A stretch of 64,000 nt of DNA from positions 331,762,001 through 331,826,000 of the forward strand of contig OZ024742.1 in assembly GCA_964016885.1 (NCBI GenBank). Reading direction: 5' to 3'. Below are positions 42,801-55,200 of the stretch, piece after piece. Source of the stretch: Eledone cirrhosa (taxonomy: Eukaryota). The translations under genes were made by a program, and so were the position numbers. Under the pieces are notes generated by a model. The model was not told the origin of the DNA, searched no databases, and saw nothing but the letters and a program-made list of their open reading frames with translations. Within the stretch, counting starts at the first letter, position 1. Every line of letters starts with the position of its first letter.

Positions 42801-45800
42801 AGAGAGGATTTAGTGGCAGTTGGGGTGAACACTGAACACTGAATATTGAAGGTTATTTTTGGCAGAAGAGAGGATTTAGTGGCAGTTGGGGTGAACACTG
42901 AACACTGAATATTGAATATTGAAGGTTATTTTTGGCAGAAGAGAGGATTTAGTGGCAGTTGGGGTGAGCACTGGACACTGAATATTGAAGGTTATTTTTG
43001 GCAGAAGAGAGGATTTAGTGGCAGTTTGGGTGAACACTGAACACTGAATATTGAATATTGAAGGTTATTTTTGCAGAAGAGAGGATTTAGTGGCAGTTGG
43101 GATTAACACTGAACACTGAACACTGAATATCGAAGGTTATTTTTGCAGAAGAGAGGATTTAGTGCCAGATGGGGTGAACACTGAACACTGAATATTGAAG
43201 GTTATTTTTGCAGAAGAGAGGATTTAGTGGCAGTTGGGGTGAACACTGAACACTGAATATTGAAGGTTATTTTTGGCAGAAGATAGGATTTAGTGGCAGT
43301 TGGGGTGGACACTTAACACTGAATATTGAAGGTTATTTTTGCAGAAGAGAGGATATAGTGGCAGTTGGGGTGAACACTGAACACTGAATATTGAATATTG
43401 AAGGTTATTTTTGGCAGAAGAGAGGATTTAGTGGCAGTTGGGCAGAACACTGTACACTGAATATTGAAGGTTAATTTTGGCAGATGGGAGGATTTAGTGG
43501 CAGTTTGGGTGAACACTGAACACTGAACACTGAATATTGAAGGTTCTTTTTGCAGAAGAGAGGGTTTAGTGGCAGTTGGAGTGAACAATGAACACTGAAT
43601 ATTGAAGGTTATTTTTGGCAGAAGAGAGGATTTAGTGGCAGTTGGGGTGAACACTGAACACTGAATATTGAAGGTTATTTTTGGCAGAAGAGAGGATTTA
43701 GTGGCAGTTGGGGTGAACACTGAACACTGATCACTGAATATTGAAGGTTATTTTTGGCAGAAGAGAGGATTTAGTGGCAGTTGGGGTGAACACTGAACAC
43801 TGAATATTGAAGGTTATTTTTGGCAGGAGAGAGGATTTAGTGGCAGTTGGGGTGAACATTGAACACTGAATATTGAATATTGAAGGTTATTTTTGGCAGA
43901 AGAGAGGATTTAGTGGCAGTTGGGGTGAACACTGGACACTGAATATTGAAGGTTATTTTTGGCAGAAGAGAGGATTTAGTGGCAGTTTGGGTGAACACTG
44001 AACACTGAATATTGAATATTGAAGGTTATTTTTGCAGAAGAGAGGATTTAGTGGCAGTTGGGATGAACACTGAACACTGAACACTGAATATTGAAGTTTA
44101 TTTTTGGCAGAAGAGAGGATTCAGTGGCAGTTGGGGGTGAACACTGCACACTGAACACTGAATATTGAAGGTTATTTTTGGCAGATGAGAGGATATAGTG
44201 GCAGTTGGGGTGAACACTGACACTGAATGTTGAAGGTTATTTTTGGCAGAAGAGAGGATTGAGTGGCAGTTGGGGTGAACACTGAACACTGAACACTGAA
44301 TATTGAAGTTTATTTTTGGCAGAAGAGAGGATTTAGTGGCAGTTGGGGTGAACACTGAACACTGAATACTGAATATTGAAGGTTATTTTTGGCAGAAGAG
44401 AGGATTTAGTGGCAGTTGGGGTGAACACTGAACACTGAACACTGAATATTGAAGGTTATTTTTGGCAGAAGAGAGGATTTAGTGGCAGTTGGAGTGAACA
44501 CTGAACACTTAATATAGAATATTGAAGGTTATTTTTGGCCGAAGAGAGGATTTAGTGGCAGTTGGGGTGAACACTGAACACTGAACACTGAATATTGAAG
44601 GTTATTTTTGGCAGAAGAGGGGATTTAGTGGCAGTTGGGGGTGAATACTGAACACTGAATATTGAATATTGAAGGTTATTTTTGGCAGAAGAGAGGATTT
44701 AGTGGCAGTTGGGGTGAACACTGAACACTGAACACTGAATATTGAAGGTTATTTTTGGCAGAAGAGAGGATTTAGTGGCAGTTGGGGTGAACACTGGACA
44801 CTGAATATTGAAGGTTATTTTTGGCAGAAGAGAGGATTTAGTGGCAGTTTGGGTGAACACTGAACACTAAATATTGAATATTGAAGGTTATTTTTGGCAG
44901 AAGTGAGGATTTAGTCGCAGTTGGGGTGAACACTGAACACTGATCACTGAATATTGAAGGTTATTTTTGGCAGAAGAGAGGATTTAGTGGCAGTTGGGGT
45001 GAACACTGAACACTGAATATTGAAGGTTATTTTTGGCAGAAGAGAGGATTTAGTGGCAGTTGGGGTGAACACTGAACACTGAATATTAAATATTGAAGGT
45101 TATTTTTGGCAGAAGAGAGGATTTAGTGGCAGTTGGGGTGAACACTGAACACTGAATATTGAAGGTTATTTTTGGCAGAAGAGAGGATTTAATGGCAGTT
45201 GGGGTGAACACTGAACACTGAACACTGAATATTGAAGGTTATTTTTGGCAGAAGAGAGGATTTAGTGGCAGTTGGGGTGAACACTGAACACTGAACACTG
45301 AATATTGAAGGTTATTTTTGGCAGAAGAGAGGATTTAGTGGCAGTTGGGGTGAACACTGAACACTGAATATTGAATATTGAAGGTTATTTTTGGCAGAAG
45401 AGAGGATTTAGTGGCAGTTGGGGTGAACACTGAACACTGAACACTGAATATTGAAGGTTATTTTTGGCAGAAGAGAGGATTTAGTGGCAGTTGGGGTGAA
45501 CACTGAACACTGCACACTGAATATTAAAGGTTATTTTTGGCAGAAGAGAGGATTTAGTGGCAGTTGGGGTGAACACTGAACACTGAATATTGAAGGTTAT
45601 TTTTGGCAGAAGAGAGGATTTAGTGGCAGTTGGGGTGAACACTGAACACTGAACATTGAATATTGAAGGTTATTTTTGGCAGAAGAGAGGATTTAGTGGC
45701 AGTTGGGGTGAACACTGGACACTGAATATTGAAGGTTATTTTTGGCAGAAGAGAGGATTTAGTGGCAGTTTGGGTGAACACTGAACACTGAATATTGAAT

Positions 45801-45878
45801 ATTGAAGGTTATTTTTGCAGAAGAGAGGATTTAGTGGCAGTTGGGATTAACACTGAACACTGAACACTGAATATTGAA
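33810..45878 (+). repeat. Largest tandem block duplication, period about 6017-6024 bp
   Basis: ORF pairs give offsets of 6017 (33842/39859), 6024 (34738/40762, 35907/41931) and 6022 (37291/43313, 38076/44098), the last after a net 2-bp loss, CAGGAGAAGA at 42581-42590. Private variants GTGCCAGATG and GATGGGAGG are shared by both copies. Confidence 0.9.
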
Positions 45879-48800
45879 GGTTATTTTTGCAGAAGAGAGG
45901 ATTTAGTGGCAGATGGGGTGAACACTGAACACTGAATATTGAAGGTTATTTTTGCAGAAGAGAGGATTTAGTGGCAGTTGGGGTGAACACTGAACACTGA
46001 ATATTGAATATTGAAGGTTATTTTTGGCTGAAGAGAGGATTTAGTGGCAGTTGGGGTTAACACTGAACACTGAATATTGAAGGTTATTTTTGGCAGAAGA
46101 GAGGATTTAGTGGCAGTTTGGGTGAACACTGAACACTGAATATTGAATATTGAAGGTTATTTTTGGCAGAAGAGAGGATTTAGTCGCAGTTGGGGTGAAC
46201 ACTGAACACTGATCACTGAATATTGAAGGTTATTTTTGGCAGAAGAGAGGATTTAGTGGCAGTTGGGGTGAACACTGAACACTGAATATTGAAGATTATT
46301 TTTGGCAGAAGAGAGGATTTAGTGGCAGTTGGGGTGAACACTGAACACTGAATATTAAATATTGAAGGTTATTTTTGGCAGAAGAGAGGATTTAGTGGCA
46401 GTTTGGGTGAACACTGAACACTGAATATTGAAGGTTATTTTTGGCAGAAGAGAGGATTTAATGGCAGTTGGGGTGAACACTGAACACTGAACACTGAATA
46501 TTGAAGGTTATTTTTGGCAGAAGAGAGGATTTAGTGGCAGTTGGGGTGAACACTGAACACTGAACACTGAATATTGAAGGTTATTTTTGGCAGAAGAGAG
46601 GATTTAGTGGCAGGTGGGGTGAACACTGAACACTGAACACTGAATAATAAAGGTTATTTTTGGCAGAAGAGAGGATTTAGTGGCAGTTGGGGTGAACACT
46701 GAACACTGAATATTGAAGGTTATTTTTGGCAGAAGAGAGGATTTAGTGGCAGTTGGGGTGAACACTGAACACTGAACACTGAATATTGAAGGTTATTTTT
46801 GGCAGAAGAGAGGATTTAGTGGCAGTTGGGGTGAACACTGAACACTGAATATTGAATATTGAAGGTTATTTTTGGCAGAAGAGAGGATTTAGTGGCAGTT
46901 GGGGTGAACACTGAACACTGAACACTGAATATTGAAGGTTATTTTTGGCAGAAGAGAGGATTTAGTGGCAGTTGGGGTGAACACTGAACACTGAATATTG
47001 AATATTGAAGGTTATTTTTGGCAGAAGAGAGGATTTAGTGGCAGTTGGGGTGAACACTGAACACTGAACACTGAATATTAAAGGTTATTTTTGGCAGAAG
47101 AGAGGATTTAGTGGCAGTTGGGGTGAACACTGAACACTGAATATTGAAGGTTATTTTTGGCAGAAGAGAGGATTTAGTGGCAGTTGGGGTGAACACTGAA
47201 CACTGAACACTGAATATTGAAGGTTATTTTTGGCAGAAGAGAGGATTTAGTGGCAGTTGTGGTGAACACTGGACACTGAATATTGAAGGTTATTTTTGGC
47301 AGAAGAGAGGATTTAGTGGCAGTTTGGGTGAACACTGAACACTGAATATTGAATATTGAAGGTTATTTTTGCAGAAGAGAGGATTTAGTGGCAGTTGGGA
47401 TTAACACTGAACACTGAACACTGAATATTGAAGGTTATTTTTGCAGAAGAGAGGATTTAGTGGCAGATGGGGTGAACACTGAACACTGAATATTGAAGGT
47501 TATTTTTGCAGAAGAGAGGATTTAGTGGCAGTTGGGGTGAACACTGAACACTGAATATTGAATATTGAAGGTTATTTTTGGCTGAAGAGAGGATTTAGTG
47601 GCAGTTGGGGTTAACACTGAACACTGAATATTGAAGGTTATTTTTGGCAGAAGAGAGGATTTAGTGGCAGTTTGGGTGAACACTGAACACTGAATATTGA
47701 ATATTGAAGGTTATTTTTGGCAGAAGAGAGGATTTAGTGGCAGTTGGGGTGAACACTGAACACTGAATATTGAAGGTTATTTTTGGCAGAAGATAGGATT
47801 TAGTGGCAGTTGGGGTGAACACTTAACACTGAATATTGAAGGTTATTTTTGGCAGAAGAGAGGATTTAGTGGCAGTTGGGGTGAACACTGAACACTGAAC
47901 ACTGAATATTGAAGGTTATTTTTGGCAGAAGAGAGGATTTAGTGGCAGTTGGGGTGAACACTGAACACTGCACACTGAATATTAAAGGTTATTTTTGGCA
48001 GAAGAGAGGATTTAGTGGCAGTTGGGGTGAACACTGAACACTGAATATTGAAGGTTATTTTTGGCAGAAGAGATGATTTAGTGGCAGTTGGGGTGAACAC
48101 TGAACACTGAACATTGAATATTGAAGGTTATTTTTGGCAGAAGAGAGGATTTAGTGGCAGTTGGGGTGAACACTGGACACTGAATATTGAAGGTTATTTT
48201 TGCCAGAAGAGAGGATTTAGTGGCAGTTTGGGTGAACACTGAACACTGAATATTGAATATTGAAGGTTATTTTTGCAGAAGAGAGGATTTAGTGGCAGTT
48301 GGGATTAACACTGAACACTGAACACTGAATATTGAAGGTTATTTTTGCAGAAGAGAGGATTTAGTGGCAGATGGGGTGAACACTGAACACTGAATATTGA
48401 AGGTTATTTTTGCAGAAGAGAGGATTTAGTGGCAGTTGGGGTGAACACTGAACACTGAATATTGAATATTGAAGGTTATTTTTGGCTGAAGAGAGGATTT
48501 AGTGGCAGTTGGGGTTAACACTGAACACTGAATATTGAAGGTTATTTTGGGCAGAAGAGAGGATTTAGTGGCAGTTTGGGTGAACACTGAACACTGAATA
48601 TTGAATATTGAAGGTTATTTTTGGCAGAAAAGAGGATTTAGTCGCAGTTGGGGTGAACACTGAACACTGATCACTGAATATTGAAGGTTATTTTTGGCAG
48701 AAGAGAGGATTTAGTGGCAGTTGGGGTGAACACTGAACACTGAATATTGAAGGTTATTTTTGGCAGAAGAGAGGATTTAGTGGCAGTTGGGGTGAACACT

Positions 48801-50330
48801 GAACACTGAATATTAAATATTGAAGGTTATTTTTGGCAGAAGAGAGGATTTAGTGGCAGTTGGGGTGAACACTGAACACTGAATATTGAAGGTTATTTTT
48901 GGCAGAAGAGAGGATTTAATGGCAGTTGGGGTGAACACTGAACACTGAACACTGAATATTGAAGGTTATTTTTGGCAGAAGAGAGGATTTAGTGGCAGTT
49001 GGGGTGAACACTGAACACTGAACACTGAATATTGAAGGTTATTTTTGGCAGAAGAGAGGATTTAGTGGCAGGTGGGGTGAACACTGAACACTGAACACTG
49101 AATAATAAAGGTTATTTTTGGCAGAAGAGAGGATTTAGTGGCAGTTGGGGTGAACACTGAACACTGAATATTGAAGGTTATTTTTTGGCAGAAGAGAGGA
49201 TTTAGTGGCAGTTGGGGTGAACACTGAACACTGAACACTGAATATTGAAGGTTATTTTTGGCAGAAGAGAGGATTTAGTGGCAGTTGGGGTGAACACTGA
49301 ACACTGAATATTGAATATTGAAGGTTATTTTTGGCAGAAGAGAGGATTTAGTGGCAGTTGGGGTGAACACTGAACACTGAACACTGAATATTGAAGGTTA
49401 TTTTTGGCAGAAGAGAGGATTTAGTGGCAGTTGGGGTGAACACTGAACACTGAATATTGAATATTGAAGGTTATTTTTGGCAGAAGAGAGGATTTAGTGG
49501 CAGTTGGGGTGAACACTGAACACTGAACACTGAATATTAAAGGTTATTTTTGGCAGAAGAGAGGATTTAGTGGCAGTTGGGGTGAACACTGAACACTGAA
49601 TATTGAAGGTTATTTTTGGCAGAAGAGAGGATTTAGTGGCAGTTGGGGTGAACACTGAACACTGAACACTGAATATTGAAGGTTATTTTTGGCAGAAGAG
49701 AGGATTTAGTGGCAGTTGTGGTGAACACTGGACACTGAATATTGAAGGTTATTTTTGGCAGAAGAGAGGATTTAGTGGCAGTTTGGGTGAACACTGAACA
49801 CTGAATATTGAATATTGAAGGTTATTTTTGCAGAAGAGAGGATTTAGTGGCAGTTGGGATTAACACTGAACACTGAACACTGAATATTGAAGGTTATTTT
49901 TGCAGAAGAGAGGATTTAGTGGCAGATGGGGTGAACACTGAACACTGAATATTGAAGGTTATTTTTGCAGAAGAGAGGATTTAGTGGCAGTTGGGGTGAA
50001 CACTGAACACTGAATATTGAATATTGAAGGTTATTTTTGGCTGAAGAGAGGATTTAGTGGCAGTTGGGGTTAACACTGAACACTGAATATTGAAGGTTAT
50101 TTTTGGCAGAAGAGAGGATTTAGTGGCAGTTTGGGTGAACACTGAACACTGAATATTGAATATTGAAGGTTATTTTTGGCAGAAGAGAGGATTTAGTGGC
50201 AGTTGGGGTGAACACTGAACACTGAATATTGAAGGTTATTTTTGGCAGAAGATAGGATTTAGTGGCAGTTGGGGTGAACACTTAACACTGAATATTGAAG
50301 GTTATTTTTGGCAGAAGAGAGGATTTAGTG
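45400..50330 (+). repeat. Tandem block duplication, period 2458/2459 bp
   Basis: Private variants CAGGTGGGG (46611/49069), AATAATAAAGG and CAGTTGTGG (T at 47260/49719) are shared. An extra T near 49186 shifts the offset by 1. Confidence 0.85.
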
Positions 50331-52259
50331 GCAGTTGGGGAGAACACTGTACACTGAATATTGAAGGTTAATTTTGGCAGAAGAGAGGATTTAGTGGCAG
50401 TTTGGGTGAACACTGAACACTGAACACTGAATATTGAAGGTTCTTTTTGCAGAAGAGAGGGTTTAGTGGCAGTTGGGGTGAACACTGAACACTGAATATT
50501 GAAGGTTATTTTTGGCAGAAGAGAGGATTTAGTGGCAGTTGGGGTGAACACTGAACACTGAATATTGAAGGTTGTTTTTGGCAGAAGAGAGGATTTAGTG
50601 GCAGTTGGGGTGAACACTGAACACTGATCACTGAATATTGAAGGTTATTTTTGGCAGAAGAGAGGATTTAGTGGCAGTTGGGGTGAACACTGAACACTGA
50701 ATATTGAAGGTTATTTTTGGCAGAAGAGAGGATTTAGTGGCAGTTGGGGTGAACACTGAACACTGAATATTGAATATTGAAGGTTATTTTTGGCAGAAGA
50801 GAGGATTTAGTGGCAGTTGGGGTGAACACTGGACACTGAATATTGAAGGTTATTTTTGGCAGAAGAGAGGATTTAGTGGCAGTTTGGGTGAACACTGAAC
50901 ACTGAATATTGAATATTGAAGGTTATTTTTGCAGAAGAGAGGATTTAGTGGCAGTTGGGGTGAACACTGAACACTGAACTCTGAATATTGAAGGTTATTT
51001 TTGGCAGAAAAGAGGATTTAGTGGCAGTTGGGATGAACACTGAACACTGAACACTGAATATTGAAGTTTATTTTTGGCAGAAGAGAGGATTCAGTGGCAG
51101 TTGGGGTGAACACTGCACACTGAACACTGAATATTGAAGGTTATTTTTGGCAGAAGAGAGGATTTAGTGGCAGTTGGGGTGAACACTGAACACGGAACAC
51201 TGAATATTGAAGGTTATTTTTGGCAGAAGAGAGGATTTAGTGGCAGTTGGGGTGAACACTGAACACTGAACACTGAATATTGAAGTTTATTTTTGGCAGA
51301 AGAGAGGATTTAGTGGCAGTTGGGGTGAACACTGAACACTGAACTCTGAATATTGAAGGTTATTTTTGGCAGAAGAGAGGATTTAGTGGCAGTTGGGGTG
51401 AACACTGAACACTGAACACTGAATATTGAAGGTTATTTTTGGCAGAAGAGAGGATTTAGTGGCAGTTGGGGCCAACACTGAACACTGAACACTGAATATT
51501 GAAGGTTATTTTTGGCAGAAGAGAGGATTTAGTGGCAGTTGGAGTGAACACTGAACACTTAATATAGAATATTGAAGGTTATTTTTGGCCGAATAGAGGA
51601 TTTAGTGGCAGTTGGGGTGAACACTGAACACTGAACACTGAATATTGAAGGTTATTTTTGGCAGAAGAGAGGATTTAGTGGCAGTTGGGGTGAACACTGA
51701 ACACTGAACACTGAATATTGAAGGTTATTTTTGGCAGAAGAGAGGATTTAGTGGTAGTTGGGGTGAACACTGAACACTGAATATTAAAGGTTATTTTTGG
51801 CAGAAGAGAGGATTTAGTGGCAGTTGGGGTGAACACTGAACACTGAATATTGAAGGTTATTTTTGGCAGAAGAGAGGATTTAGTGGCAGTTGGGGTGAAC
51901 ACTGAACACTGAACACTGAATATTGAAGGTTATTTTTGGCAGAAGAGGGGATTTAGTGGCAGTTGGGGGTGAATACTGAACACTGAATATTGAATATTGA
52001 AGGTTATTTTTGGCAGAAGAGAGGATTTAGTGGCAGTTGGGGTGAACACTGACACTGAATGTTGAAGGTTATTTTTGGCAGAAGAGAGGATTGAGTGGCA
52101 GTTGGGGTGAACACTGAACACTGAACACTGAATATTGAAGTTTATTTTTGGCAGAAGAGAGGATTTAGTGGCAGTTGGGGTGAACACTGAACACTGAACA
52201 CTGAATATTGAAGGTTATTTTTGGCAGAAGAGAGGATTTAGTGGCAGTTGGAGTGAACA

Positions 52260-55200
52260 CTGAACACTTAATATAGAATATTGAAGGTTATTTTTGGCCG
52301 AAGAGAGGATTTAGTGGCAGTTGGGGTGAACACTGAACACTGAACACTGAATATTGAAGGTTATTTTTGGCAGAAGAGGGGATTTAGTGGCAGTTGGGGG
52401 TGAATACTGAACACTGAATATTGAATATTGAAGGTTATTTTTGGCAGAAGAGAGGATTTAGTGGCAGTTGGGGTGAACACTCAACACTGAATATTGAAGG
52501 TTATTTTTGGCAGAAGAGAGGATTTAGTGGCAGTTTGGGTGAACACTGAACACTAAATATTGAATATTGAAGGTTATTTTTGGCAGAAGTGAGGATTTAG
52601 TCGCAGTTGGGGTGAACACTGAACACTGATCACTGAATATTGAAGGTTATTTTTGGCAGAAGAGAGGATTTAGTGGCAGTTGGGGTGAACACTGAACACT
52701 GAATATTGAAGGTTAATTTTGGCAGAAGAGAGGATTTAGTGGCAGTTGGGGTGAACACTGAACACTGAATATTGAAGGTTATTTTTGGCAGAAGAGAGGA
52801 TTTAGTGGCAGTTGGGGTGAACACTGAACACTGAATATTAAATATTGAAGGTTATTTTTGGCAGAAGAGAGGATTTAGTGGCAGTTGGGGTGAACACTGA
52901 ACACTGAATATTGAAGGTTATTTTTGGCAGAAGAGAGGATTTAGTGGCAGTTGGGGTGAACACTGAACACTGAACACTGAATATTGTAGGTTATTTTTGG
53001 CAGAAGAGAGGATTTAGTGGCAGTTGGGGTGAACACTGAACACTGAATATTTAATATTGAAGGTTATTTTTGGCAGAAGAGAGGATTTAGTGGCAGTTGG
53101 GGTGAACACTGAACACTGAACACTGAATATTGAAGGTTATTTTTGGCAGAAGAGAGGATTTAGTGGCAGTTGGGGTGAACACTGAACACTGAATATTGAA
53201 TATTGAAGGTTATTTTTGGCAGAAGAGAGGATTTAGTGGCAGTTGGGGTGAACACTGAACACTGAACACTGAATATTGAAGGTTATTTTTGGCAGAAGAG
53301 AGGATTTAGTGGCAGTTGGGGTGAACACTGAACACTGCACACTGAATATTAAAGGTTATTTTTGGCAGAAGAGAGGATTTAGTGGCAGTTGGGGTGAACA
53401 CTGAACACTGAATATTGAAGGTTATTTTTGGCAGAAGAGAGGATTTAGTGGCAGTTGGGGTGAACACTGAACACTGAACACTGAATATTGAAGGTTATTT
53501 TTGGCAGAAGAGAGGATTTAGTGGCAGTTTGGGTGAACACTGAACACTGAATATTGAATATTGAAGGTTATTTTTGCAGAAGAGAGGATTTAGTGGCAGT
53601 TGGGATTAACACTGAACACTGAACACTGAATATTGAAGGTTATTTTTGCAGAAGAGAGGATTTAGTGGCAGATGGGGTGAACACTGAACACTGAATATTG
53701 AAGGTTATTTTTGCAGAAGAGAGGATTTAGTGGCAGTTGGGGTGAACACTGAACACTGAATATTGAATATTGAAGGTTATTTTTGGCTGAAGAGAGGATT
53801 TAGTGGCAGTTGGGGTTAACACTGAACACTGAATATTGAAGGTTATTTTTGGCAGAAGAGAGGATTTAGTGGCAGTTTGGGTGAACACTGAACACTGAAT
53901 ATTGAATATTGAAGGTTATTTTTGGCAGAAGAGAGGATTTAGTGGCAGTTGGGGTGAACACTGAACACTGAATATTGAAGGTTATTTTTGGCAGAAGATA
54001 GGATTTAGTGGCAGTTGGGGTGAACACTTAACACTGAATATTGAAGGTTATTTTTGGCAGAAGAGAGGATTTAGTGGCAGTTGGGGAGAACACTGTACAC
54101 TGAATATTGAAGGTTAATTTTGGCAGAAGAGAGGATTTAGTGGCAGTTTGGGTGAACACTGAACACTGAACACTTAATATTGAAGGTTATTTTTGGCAGA
54201 AGAGAGGATTTAGTGGCAGTTGGGGTGAACGCTGAACACTGAATATTGAAGGTTGTTTTTGGCAGAAGAGAGGATTTAGTGGCAGTTGGGGTGAACACTG
54301 AACACTGATCACTGAATATTGAAGGTTATTTTTGGCAGAAGAGAGGATTTAGTGGCAGTTGGGGTGAACACTGAACACTGAATATTGAAGGTTATTTTTG
54401 GCAGAAGAGAGGATTTAGTGGCAGTTGGGGTGAACACTGAACACTGAATATTGAATATTGAAGGTTATTTTTGGCAGAAGAGAGGATTTAGTGGCAGTTG
54501 GGGTGAACACTGAACACTGAACACTGAATATTGAAGGTTATTTTTGGCAGAAGAGAGGATTTAGTGGCAGTTGGGGTGAACACTGAACACTGAACACTGA
54601 ATATTAAAGGTTATTTTTGGCAGAAGAGAGGATTTAGTGGCAGTTGGGGTGAACACTGAACACTGAACACTGAATATTGAAGGTTATTTTTGGCAGAAGA
54701 GAGGATTTAGTGGCAGTTGGGGTGAACACTGAACACTGAATATTGAATATTGAAGGTTATTTTTGGCAGAAGAGAGGATTTAGTGGCAGTTGGGGTGAAC
54801 ACTGAACACTGAATATTGAATATTGAAGGTTATTTTTGCAGAAGAGAGGATTTAGTGGCAGTTGGGATTAACACTGAACACTGAACACTGAATATTGAAG
54901 GTTATTTTTGCAGAAGAGAGGATTTAGTGGCAGATGGAGTGAACAATGAACACTGAATATTGAAGGTTATTTTTGCAGAAGAGAGGATTTAGTGGCAGTT
55001 GGGGTGAACACTGAACACTGAATATTGAATATTGAAGTTTATTTTTGGCAGAAGAGAGGATTCAGTGGCAGTTGGGGTGAACAATGAACACTGAACACTG
55101 AATATTGAAGGTTATGTTTGGTTGAATAGAGGAATTAGTGACAGTTGGGGTGAACACTGAACACTGAATATTGAAGGTTATTTTTGGCAGAAGAGAGGAT

